Source: an uncultured Methylomirabilota bacterium
GTDB taxonomy: Bacteria; Methylomirabilota; Methylomirabilia; Methylomirabilales; 2-02-FULL-66-22
Length of the DNA stretch: 64,000 nt
Direction of reading: 5' to 3'
Assembly (NCBI GenBank): GCA_963845565.1
Contig: CAWJSJ010000002.1
Coordinates: forward strand, 960,001 to 1,024,000
Part shown: in pieces, positions 55,767-64,000 of the stretch
How the letters are laid out: each line of letters opens with the position of its first letter
Position numbering within the stretch: position 1 is the stretch's first letter
Translations under genes and position numbers: made by a program
Notes under the pieces: model-generated
What the model was told of the DNA's origin: nothing
The model's input: only the letters and a program-made list of their open reading frames with translations
Database searches by the model: none

Positions 55767-56933
55767 TTACGCCGGCCGGTTCAAGCCGAGCAGGTTCTCG
55801 ACCATGCGCAGTTGGATTCGTGCACTGACTGCGAGCTGATCGGCGGGCAGCGACTCGTTGCTCTTGTGGCCTTCGCTGCCTTCGCCGGGACCGAAGTTGA
55901 CGATCTCGATGCCGTCATCGGCAAAGAAGCGGCCGTCGAAGGCCCCCACGGAATCGGCGAAGGACGCGGCCTTGCCGGTCACGGTCTCGATGGCCGCGGA
56001 GAAGGCGGACACGAGCGGCCCGTCCTGGGGCGCCGAGAAGCCGTTGGTGCCGGTCAGTCGGCGGACGGCGAAACTGCCCTCCGGCTCCCCGGCCCCTACA
56101 AGGACGGCTCGAATCTCCTGGAGCGCGGTGTCGATGCTCTCGCGGAGGGGCAACAGGCGGCGGTCAATGGCGGCCACGCAGCTCGACGGCACCACGTTGA
56201 TGTTGGTGCCGCCACGGATGGTACCCACGCTGATGGTGGATTGGAGACCGTCGGCGGTGCGGGCGGATACGACCGGGAAGAGTGTCGTCTCCAGATGGCC
56301 CAGCAGCCGTGCCATGCGCATCACGGCGTTGTCTCCGTTGGCCGGTTGCCCCGCGTGGGCGGCTGTGCCGTGCGCCACCACTTCGATCCAGGTAACGCCG
56401 CGCTCCCGCGTGATCAGACCATTTTCGGTCTGCGCGCCCACCACCAGCATGTCGGGCGCCAGATGCCTCTCCTGGCGCAGGAAGGCGGTCCCGTCCGATC
56501 CCAGCGCTTCTTCGTCCCCCACGAAGGTGAAGGCCACGGAACCCCTGGCCGGTCCTCCCTGTCGAGCGACCTGCTCCGCCACCCACAGATGGGCGGCCGC
56601 CGGCCCCTTGCAGTTGTTGGCCCCGAGGCCGTACACGCGGCCGTCCCGCACGGCGACGGTGAAGGGGTCGCTCTGCCAGGCCGTGCCGCCGTCCACCCCC
56701 ACGGTGTCGATGTGGCAGTTGAAGGCCAGTTGCGGTCTGCCGCGACCCAGGACGGCCACCACGTTGACAATCTTCGGGTCGCGGCTCAGGCGCTCTGCGG
56801 TGTAGCCCCAACCCGAGAGCGTGTCCGCGATATAGGCGCACACCTCTCGGGTGTCGCCCGGGGGATAGACCGAGGGGATCGCCACCAGGCGGGACAAGAA
56901 GCCCATGACCTGTGCAAGCACGGGATCGTTCAT
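55767..56933 (-). CDS. M20/DapE family metallopeptidase
   Basis: HIDTV, GRVYGLGANNCKG, GDEE, GTAAHAG and GHKSNE; start uncertain. Confidence 0.88.
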   Translation of the reverse strand: MNDPVLAQVMGFLSRLVAIPSVYPPGDTREVCAYIADTLSGWGYTAERLSRDPKIVNVVAVLGRGRPQLAFNCHIDTVGVDGGTAWQSDPFTVAVRDGRVYGLGANNCKGPAAAHLWVAEQVARQGGPARGSVAFTFVGDEEALGSDGTAFLRQERHLAPDMLVVGAQTENGLITRERGVTWIEVVAHGTAAHAGQPANGDNAVMRMARLLGHLETTLFPVVSARTADGLQSTISVGTIRGGTNINVVPSSCVAAIDRRLLPLRESIDTALQEIRAVLVGAGEPEGSFAVRRLTGTNGFSAPQDGPLVSAFSAAIETVTGKAASFADSVGAFDGRFFADDGIEIVNFGPGEGSEGHKSNESLPADQLAVSARIQLRMVENLLGLNRPA

Positions 56934-57000
56934 GTGGCGCATCCTGGTCGGGAGCGCACGGCGGGGGTCGGGCGCTCCGTCGCGCATGGTCGGTGTTCGG

Positions 57001-57888
57001 CTAGAACGCACACGTGAGATTGAACTCCCGCACCAAGGCTTTGGCTTGTTCCTGCATGGGGGCCGGGGAAGCCAGGCGGGGCGGACGGGGGTTGCCCACG
57101 GGCAGGCCCATGGCGTTCAAGAGGGCCTTCGTGCCGCCCACATACCAGATGCCCGCGACAAAACGGATGATGGGCAGGATGCGCATGTAGAGGTCCCACG
57201 CGCCCCGGATGTCTCCGGCCTTGACGAGGGTGTAAATGTCGGCGGTCTCGCGAGGCATCACGTTGGACGCCACGGACACCCAGCCCTTCGCCCCCTCCAG
57301 GAACGATTCGAAGCCCATGATGCCGCCGAACACGGTGAGTTTTCCGCCGGAGAGCAGGGTGATGTCCCGGACGCGGGTCACATCCATGGTGGATTCCTTC
57401 ACGTACCGCACGTTCTCGATCTCGGCCAGGCGCGCGAGCAGGGGCGGAAGCAGGTCGACGTTGGCCGTGGCGGGGTTGTTGTACACCATGATGGGAATGG
57501 AGACGGCGTCGGAGATGGTCTTGTAGTGGTGGTAGAGTTCGTCGTCCGTGGGGGAGGAGTAGTAGGGCGGGATGATCATGAGGCCGTCCGCGCCCAGCGC
57601 TTCGGCCTGGCGGCTCAGCCGAACGGCTTCGCGGGTGTCCTCGGCCGCGGTGCCCATCAGAATGGGGATGCGCCCGGCCGCGGTCTTCACCGCCGTTTCG
57701 GTGATCCCGATCCGTTCCTCTTCGGAAACGGACAGAAACTCCCCGGTGCTGCCGAGAAAGATCAGCCCAGGACTGCCGCTGGCGATTTGCCAGTTGATGT
57801 AATGTTTGAGGCCGGCGTAGTTGATGTCACTGCCGTCCTCGGTGAACGGTGTGACGCAGACCGCATAGGAGCCTTCAAACCGTTTCAT
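57001..57888 (-). CDS. Dihydrodipicolinate synthase family lyase/deaminase
   Basis: TPF, GSTGEF, PPYY, YNNP and KES. Confidence 0.92.
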   Translation of the reverse strand: MKRFEGSYAVCVTPFTEDGSDINYAGLKHYINWQIASGSPGLIFLGSTGEFLSVSEEERIGITETAVKTAAGRIPILMGTAAEDTREAVRLSRQAEALGADGLMIIPPYYSSPTDDELYHHYKTISDAVSIPIMVYNNPATANVDLLPPLLARLAEIENVRYVKESTMDVTRVRDITLLSGGKLTVFGGIMGFESFLEGAKGWVSVASNVMPRETADIYTLVKAGDIRGAWDLYMRILPIIRFVAGIWYVGGTKALLNAMGLPVGNPRPPRLASPAPMQEQAKALVREFNLTCAF

Positions 57889-58249
57889 GGGATCGCCCTT
57901 TCCTCGAATCGAAGCCTGATCCGCTCCCGGTCCGGATCCGATGGGGAGAACGAGACGCACGGCGACGAGCACCCTACTACCTTTGCGTCGGCGGAGTCAA
58001 GATGGGAGAAAGAAAAGGGATGCGAAAAAAGGAAGAAAAAGGCCCCGGGCTAGCGATACGGAGTGATGCCGTCGCTGGGCTATCTAAAACCTCGCCATGC
58101 GTGCCCGGTCTCCCGCGGGCGCGGCGAATCGGCGTTGCAGGGTGGATCGGGGTTGGTTCTTTCTTGACAAGCATGGGCGGACCGCGACATCCTCTCGTGC
58201 GCTCTTGCGTGTTGAGGATCGCCGCCGGAAACCACCCCTGGAGGCCGCC

Positions 58250-59311
58250 ATGCGTGCAGCGACTCGCGAGTACCGTTTCGGCATCATCGGATTGGGCATG
58301 ATCTCCCACTTTCACGCCAAGGCCATCCAGGCGATGAAGGGGGCGCGGCTGGTGGCCGTGGCCAGCCGCAGCCAGGCGAAGGCGGACGAGTTCGCCGCGC
58401 AGTACGGGGTCGAGGGGCTCGGGTCGTACCGAGCGCTGATCGAGCGGGACGACATCGACATCGTCACGATCTGCACCCCGTCCGGCGCGCACGTGGAGCC
58501 GGCCGTCCTGGCGGCGCAGCACGGCAAGCACGTCTTGTGCGAGAAGCCGCTGGAGGTCACGCTGCCTCGGCTGGACCGGATGGTCGAGGTCTGCCGCCGG
58601 CACCGGGTGCTCCTGGGCGGGATCTTCCCGTCGCGGACGAGCGAGGTGTACCAGCAGATCAAGCGGGCAGTGGACGCCGGGCGCCTCGGCCGCATCACAC
58701 TGGGTTCGGCTTACGTCAAGTGGTGGCGGACCCAGGCGTATTACGACTCCGCGGCCTGGCGCGGGACGCGGAAGCTGGACGGCGGCGGTTGCCTGATGAA
58801 TCAGGGCATCCACACCATCGACCTGCTCCAGTGGTTCATGGGGCCGGCCGTCGAGGTCCGTGCGTTCACCGCCTGTCTGGCCCACACGCGGATCGAGGTC
58901 GAGGATGTGGCGGCGGCGGCGATCCGATTCAAGAACGGGGCTCTGGGGGTCATCGAGGGGGCGACGAGCGCCTGGCCGGGCCACGCCAAGAAGATCGAGC
59001 TGTGCGGAGACCAGGGCGGCGTGGCCACGCGGGAGGACGATCTGGCCACATGGACGTTCGCGAAGCCCGCCAAGGGGGATACGGCGCTGCTCGCCCGCCT
59101 GGGGGCGCGCGATACGGGCAAGGGGGGCGCGGCGGACCCCAAGGCGATTTCCTTCGTGGGGCACCAGCGCCAGTTCGAGGACTTCGTGGCCGCTCTGCGG
59201 ACCGGCCGCGCCCCGATGGTGGACGGGGCGGAGGGCCGCAAGGCGGTGGAGCTGATTCTGGCCATCTATCGCAGCGCGCGGACCGGAAGGACGGTCCGGC
59301 TGCCGCTGTAG
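58250..59311 (+). CDS. Gfo/Idh/MocA oxidoreductase
   Basis: GIIGLG, CEKP and GGGCLMNQGIH. Confidence 0.93.
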   Translation: MRAATREYRFGIIGLGMISHFHAKAIQAMKGARLVAVASRSQAKADEFAAQYGVEGLGSYRALIERDDIDIVTICTPSGAHVEPAVLAAQHGKHVLCEKPLEVTLPRLDRMVEVCRRHRVLLGGIFPSRTSEVYQQIKRAVDAGRLGRITLGSAYVKWWRTQAYYDSAAWRGTRKLDGGGCLMNQGIHTIDLLQWFMGPAVEVRAFTACLAHTRIEVEDVAAAAIRFKNGALGVIEGATSAWPGHAKKIELCGDQGGVATREDDLATWTFAKPAKGDTALLARLGARDTGKGGAADPKAISFVGHQRQFEDFVAALRTGRAPMVDGAEGRKAVELILAIYRSARTGRTVRLPL

Positions 59312-59364
59312 AGGCCACAGATGGTCGGGCCTCGTGACGTTGGACCCGACAGGAGAAGTGCTAC

Positions 59365-60213
59365 ATGCGATGTGCGGGATTTGCCGATGAAGTGTCCGTG
59401 GACATCGACCAGCAGATTTCGGCCCTTCAGGCCCTTGGCTGGTCCGGGATCGAGATTCGCCTGGTGGGGAAGGGGCGGCATTTCGACGACGTGACAGATT
59501 CGGAGTTCGAGGCCATCCGCGAGAAACTCGATCGGGCCGGCGTCCAGATCGTCGCCTATGGCAGCCAGATCGCGAACTGGTCCCGGAAGATCAGCGCGTC
59601 GTTCGACGCGGACGTGGCCGAGCTTGCGCGGATCATGCCGCGGATGCAGAAGACGGGGACGCAGATCGTCCGGATCATGAGCTACCCCAACGACGGCTGG
59701 ACCGAACGCGATTGGCGCGCGGAAGTCGTCCGCCGCCTGCGGGAGCTGAGCCGGATGGCGGAGGCGAACGGCATCATCCTGGGACACGAGAATTGCGACG
59801 GGTGGGCGGGGAAAGGGCCGGAAGCGACCCTGGCCTGCCTCGCCGACGTCGGAAGCCCGGCCCTGAAGCTGATCTTTGACACCGGCAATCCCGTGACCTA
59901 CGGCCAAGATGTCTGGGCATACTACCAGGCGGTCCGCGAGCACATCGTCCACGTGCACATCAAGGACTACGTCAAGGACACCTCGGCGCCCGGCGGGTAC
60001 CGGGCGGTCTTCCCGGGTCAGGGGAACGGCTGCGTGCGGGACATCGTGGCGGATCTAAAACGGACGGGCTACGACGCCTGGTACAGCATGGAGCCCCACA
60101 TCGTCTCCGTGGTCCACGAAGGCCGCGACGCCTCGGGGAACGAAGACCGAGCCCGCGAGGTGTTTCTGCAATACGGGAAGACGTTCGAAGACCTCTACCG
60201 AAACGCCGGGTAA
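59365..60213 (+). CDS. Sugar phosphate isomerase/epimerase (TIM barrel)
   Basis: GFADE, HEN, FDTGN, HVHIKD and SMEPH. Confidence 0.9.
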   Translation: MRCAGFADEVSVDIDQQISALQALGWSGIEIRLVGKGRHFDDVTDSEFEAIREKLDRAGVQIVAYGSQIANWSRKISASFDADVAELARIMPRMQKTGTQIVRIMSYPNDGWTERDWRAEVVRRLRELSRMAEANGIILGHENCDGWAGKGPEATLACLADVGSPALKLIFDTGNPVTYGQDVWAYYQAVREHIVHVHIKDYVKDTSAPGGYRAVFPGQGNGCVRDIVADLKRTGYDAWYSMEPHIVSVVHEGRDASGNEDRAREVFLQYGKTFEDLYRNAG

Positions 60214-60375
60214 CGTTTGCCACAACAGGCACAGGCAATTCAGGAATCCAGGGACCATTGAGCGTGTGGCCCTGAGCAATTCTTGTGCGTCTTGTGCTTC
60301 TTGTGGCCAATCCGGGCCCTGGGATGTCCTAGCAGCTATCGTTTTCGTGGTATCAGGCCAAGAGGAGTCGAGAGT

Positions 60376-61782
60376 ATGAGCAAGACCACGGATGTTCACG
60401 TTGTCGGGACCTGGCTGCATTTCCTGGAGGTGAAGAATCGGATCCCTCTCAAGTTTGGGCCGGAGACGACGACCGAGGTGACGTGCGCCCGGGTCCGGGT
60501 CCGCGTCGCGGACCGGAACGGGCGGACGGCGGAGGGCTGGGGAGAGACACCGCTCAATGTCCAGTGGGTCTGGCCCAGCAGTCTGCCCTACCCCGTGCGC
60601 CATGAGCGGCTGAAGGCCTTCTGTTGCCGCCTCGCGGAGGCCTGGGCTGGGTTTCCCGAGACGGGCCACCCGGTCGAGGTGGGATACGACTTCAAGGAGC
60701 ACCGTCTGGCCGCCCTGCGCGCCGAGGCGGATCGGGCCGCCGCGGGGGGGGAGGCCATGCCGACGCTGGCCGCCCTGGTGTGCTGCTCCCTCTTCGACAT
60801 CGCCCTGCACGACGCCTACGGCCAGCTCCTCGGCCGGCCGGTGTACGAGACGTACACGGCCGAGTACATGAACCGGGATCTGGCGGCCTTCCTCACGCCG
60901 GCGCCCGGAACCCGCGTCTCCTTTGCGGGGAAATACCCGCGCGACTTCCTCGTCGCCGCGCCCCCCGCGCAGGTTCGGGCCTGGCATCTGGTGGGGGGAC
61001 TGGACCTCCTGGATGCCTCGGAGCGGACCGGCGCGGAGCCGGACGACGGCTACCCGGTGGTACTGCCGGACTGGATTCGCCGCGACGGGCTGCGCTGCTT
61101 GAAGATCAAGCTGCGGGGCGTGGATGCCGCCTGGGACTACGAGCGTATCCTGAAGGTCGGCCGGATCGCCATCGCCCACGAGGTGGAGTGGCTCAGCGCC
61201 GACTTCAACTGCACGGTCCGGGAGCCGGAGTACGTCACCAGTCTCCTGGATCGGCTGCGGGACGAGGCGCCGCGGATCTCCGGGATGCTCCTCTATGTGG
61301 AGCAGCCATTCCCCTATGACCTGGAGGCGCACCAGATCGATGTCCACGCCATCTCGGCCCGGAAGCCCCTCTTCCTGGACGAGAGCGCGCACGACTGGCG
61401 GGTCATCCGGCTGGGGCGGGAGCTGGGCTGGTCCGGGGTGGCCCTGAAGACCTGCAAGACCCAGAGCGAGGCGCTGTTGAGCTGCGCCTGGGCCCGGGCG
61501 CACGGCATGACCCTGATGGTCCAGGACCTCAGCAACCCGATGCTGGCCCAGATTCCGCACGTGCTCCTGGCCGCCAATGCCGGCACCATCATGGGGGTGG
61601 AGACCAACGGGATGCAGTTCTACCCGGAGGCCTCCCGGATCGAAGCCGCCATCCACCCCGGCCTGTACGCCCGGCGGAACGGGGTGGTGGATCTCTCGAC
61701 CCTGCGGGGCCCGGGCTTCGGATACCGGCTGGAGGAGATCGCCCGTCCCCTGCCGCCCCCCGCGGCGACGTTCGGCGGCTGA
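60376..61782 (+). CDS. Mandelate racemase/enolase-superfamily protein
   Basis: KIKLRG, SADFN, VEQP and LDES. Confidence 0.85.
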   Translation: MSKTTDVHVVGTWLHFLEVKNRIPLKFGPETTTEVTCARVRVRVADRNGRTAEGWGETPLNVQWVWPSSLPYPVRHERLKAFCCRLAEAWAGFPETGHPVEVGYDFKEHRLAALRAEADRAAAGGEAMPTLAALVCCSLFDIALHDAYGQLLGRPVYETYTAEYMNRDLAAFLTPAPGTRVSFAGKYPRDFLVAAPPAQVRAWHLVGGLDLLDASERTGAEPDDGYPVVLPDWIRRDGLRCLKIKLRGVDAAWDYERILKVGRIAIAHEVEWLSADFNCTVREPEYVTSLLDRLRDEAPRISGMLLYVEQPFPYDLEAHQIDVHAISARKPLFLDESAHDWRVIRLGRELGWSGVALKTCKTQSEALLSCAWARAHGMTLMVQDLSNPMLAQIPHVLLAANAGTIMGVETNGMQFYPEASRIEAAIHPGLYARRNGVVDLSTLRGPGFGYRLEEIARPLPPPAATFGG

Positions 61783-61810
61783 GGCGAAAGCGGCGTTCTC
61801 GCGATGCCCG

Positions 61811-61847
61811 AAACACCACGGGGCCCCGATGGGGCCCCGTGGTGTTT
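61811..61847. terminator. Perfect 17-bp hairpin between convergent operons
   Basis: AAACACCACGGGGCCCC-GAT-GGGGCCCCGTGGTGTTT. Confidence 0.7.
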
Positions 61848-61875
61848 TCGTGAATAGCCTGCCGCCCGTTTCGCC

Positions 61876-62001
61876 CAGGCTGCTCAAAACGGTCCAGATG
61901 CAAGGCGGCGACTGATCCGGGGCGCGAGGCGTACTTGGTACGTACGCCGCAGCGCCACGGGAGGGAGCCAACGCTGCAGATGGGCCGTTTTGAGCAGCCG
62001 G
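61876..62001. mobile_element. 126-bp MITE, family D copy 3
   Basis: CAGGCTGCTCAAAACGGTCCAGATGCAAGGCG...GCAGATGGGCCGTTTTGAGCAGCCGG. Confidence 0.8.
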
Positions 62002-62799
62002 TCAGTGGTCGACGGTGCCCTGGGTGAAGAAGTGCCCGCGAATGGCCTGGGCGAGCGCGGAGAATTCCGGCGTTCCCATGTTCTGGAGCGATCGGGGCCG
62101 GGGCAGGGGGATGTCGTAGATCTTGTCCACGGTGCCCGGACGCTCGGTCATGACCAGGACGCGATCGGAAAGGAACACGGCCTCCGGGATGCTGTGCGTG
62201 ACAAACAGCACGGTCTTTTTCGTGGCCAGCCAGATGCGTTGAAGCTCGAGGTTCATGGTCTCCCGGGTCATGGCGTCCAGGGCGCCGAACGGCTCGTCCA
62301 TGAGCAGGAGGCTGGGGTCGTGGACCAGGGCGCGGCAGATGGCCACCCGCTGCTGCATGCCGCCGGACAGTTCCCAGGGGCGCTTCCGCTCGAAGCCGGC
62401 CAGGCCGACGACCTGGAGGAGCTCCAGGGCGCGTCGCCGGTGCGACTCCCAGTCGAGGCCGCGGATCTCGATCTGGAGCATGATGTTGCTGAGGACGTCC
62501 CGCCAGGCGAGCAGGACCGGGCTCTGGAAGACCATCCCCACCCCGTCCTGGGGGCCGTCCACCCGCCGGTCGTTGATCCGGGCCTCCCCTCCGGTCAAGG
62601 GCAGCAGCCCGGCCAGGATCTTGAGCAGGGTACTCTTCCCGCAGCCGCTGGGCCCCACGATGGAGAGGAACTCGCGCTCGCGCACGTCAAAGGAGACGGC
62701 CCGCAGAGAGGTCAGCGGGCCGTCCGCCGTCTGATAGGTCTTCTCGACGCCCGTCAGGTCGATCAGCACCGGGGTGTCGAGACGGGAAGGCAACGTCAC
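62002..62799 (-). CDS. Nitrate/sulfonate-type ABC ATPase
   Basis: GPSGCGKS, LSGGMQQR and DEPFGALD. Confidence 0.93.
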   Translation of the reverse strand: MTLPSRLDTPVLIDLTGVEKTYQTADGPLTSLRAVSFDVREREFLSIVGPSGCGKSTLLKILAGLLPLTGGEARINDRRVDGPQDGVGMVFQSPVLLAWRDVLSNIMLQIEIRGLDWESHRRRALELLQVVGLAGFERKRPWELSGGMQQRVAICRALVHDPSLLLMDEPFGALDAMTRETMNLELQRIWLATKKTVLFVTHSIPEAVFLSDRVLVMTERPGTVDKIYDIPLPRPRSLQNMGTPEFSALAQAIRGHFFTQGTVDH

Positions 62800-63791
62800 G
62801 GCAGAAACTCGTTGGTGTAGTAGTTCTCGGGCCTCCCCTTGGTGGCCGGATCCACGCCACCGTACTCCACCATCAGGTCCAGCGTCATCTTCATGTCCTC
62901 GGCCGACACCCGCCAGGGTCGCTGCCCCTGGGTGTACTTGCTGTGAAACAGCGGGAGGGTGCGGGCCAGCCCCTCCTTCAGGATCTCGGGCTTCCCGGCC
63001 TTGGGGTTCGCCTTGAGCAGGGCGTCCAGCGCCTGGGCCGGCTCCTTCTCTGCCGCCTCGATGGTCCGGGTCGCGGCCCGCATGAAACGCTTGATGAGGT
63101 CCGGCTTCGAGGTCAACAAATCCTTGCGCGCGATGATCCCGTTGTTGACGGGATTCACGCCGTAGTCGGCGAACTTGAGCGAGTGCACCTTCTTCCCCGT
63201 CGCGTCCTCGATGGTGATCGACTGGTCGTTCACGTGCCCCGTCAACAGATCGGCGCGGCCCATGATGACGGCATTCCGCTTGGTCGCGGCATCCCCCGTG
63301 ACGGACTTGATCTGATCCTCCTTGATCCCCGTGGCCTTGAGGAAGGCCAGGAAGATCTGACCGACCGCGTCGCCTGGGGTCAGGGCGACCGTTTTCCCGA
63401 TGATGTCCTTGGGCTCGCGGATGTTCTTCTCGGCCAGGCCCATGACGGCCATGGGGCTGGTCTGGATCAGCACGCCGACCGCCTTGATGGGGGTTTCCTT
63501 CGCCGCCGCCTTGATCATGGTGCCGAGGTCGGCGTAGCCGAAGGTCGCCGAGCCGGCCGCCACCGCCTGGATCGTGGTTCCCGAGCCGCGGCCCTCCTGG
63601 ATCTCCAGGTCAATGCCCTCCTCGGCGTAGATGCCGCGCGCCAGGCCGAGGTAGAGCGGCGCATGCTCGCCGTAGTTGTACCAGTTGAGCATCAGGATAA
63701 CCTTGTCGCGCTGCTGAGCCCAGGCGCCTGGCGTCAGGAGCAGCGTGACCGCCACCGCCAATCCCACCCACCACGTCAATCGCCTTCCCAT
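62796..63791 (-). CDS. NMT1/THI5-like ABC substrate-binding protein
   Basis: Signal peptide, LNWYNYGEHAP, EGRGS and YTNEF. Confidence 0.9.
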   Translation of the reverse strand: MGRRLTWWVGLAVAVTLLLTPGAWAQQRDKVILMLNWYNYGEHAPLYLGLARGIYAEEGIDLEIQEGRGSGTTIQAVAAGSATFGYADLGTMIKAAAKETPIKAVGVLIQTSPMAVMGLAEKNIREPKDIIGKTVALTPGDAVGQIFLAFLKATGIKEDQIKSVTGDAATKRNAVIMGRADLLTGHVNDQSITIEDATGKKVHSLKFADYGVNPVNNGIIARKDLLTSKPDLIKRFMRAATRTIEAAEKEPAQALDALLKANPKAGKPEILKEGLARTLPLFHSKYTQGQRPWRVSAEDMKMTLDLMVEYGGVDPATKGRPENYYTNEFLP

Positions 63792-63837
63792 GGTCTCCTC
63801 CTTCTCGTGCGACGATGTTGCGACTGCTTCGGACAAC

Positions 63838-64000
63838 TCAGGGGGTCGCCGCGTAGCCGCTGCGCTGCGACACGTGCCAGGGAATCACCCACTTCTCGAC
63901 CAGCTCCAGGGCCACGAAGAGAATCACGCCGACGATCGACAGCACAAACAGGCCGGCGAACATGAGGGGTAGATCGAAGTTTCCGTTCGCCAGCTGCAAC
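63838..64000 (-). CDS. ABC permease, 3' part
   Basis: Hand translation LQLANGNFDLPLMFAGLFVLSIVGVILF...IPWHVSQR...*. Confidence 0.85.
   Translation of the reverse strand, partial: LQLANGNFDLPLMFAGLFVLSIVGVILFVALELVEKWVIPWHVSQRSGYAATP

Overview
GC-rich bacterial chromosome window. The gene style suggests NC10/Methylomirabilota or a delta-like lineage, but that is a weak inference. 1-9.8 kb is core: rodA-mrdA-mreD-mreC-mreB, a SurA/PpiD-like gene, a MEMO1-family gene, an amidohydrolase and tRNA-Ala(GGC). 9.8-18.3 kb is an accessory block of sigma54-promoter-driven small secreted proteins plus an NtrC-type regulator and a histidine kinase, ending at tRNA-Leu(CAA). 18.4-35 kb is an island of unrelated genes, all on the + strand. 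It is punctuated by five ungapped 78-bp direct repeats, two of which run straight into a copy of the tRNA-Leu 3' end (CCCCCGGCACCATT). It also has a 46-bp tRNA duplication and two ~250-bp inverted-repeat elements, and no integrase is visible. This looks like a tRNA-anchored tandem array of att-bounded cargo cassettes and is the main finding. 36-42.5 kb is a heavily frameshifted peptide-type ABC operon, probably affected by sequencing errors. 43-64 kb holds catabolic and ABC operons: a single-chain opine/hydroxyproline-oxidase-like triple fusion, two M20 proteins with altered metal ligands, and two MITE families sitting at stop codons.
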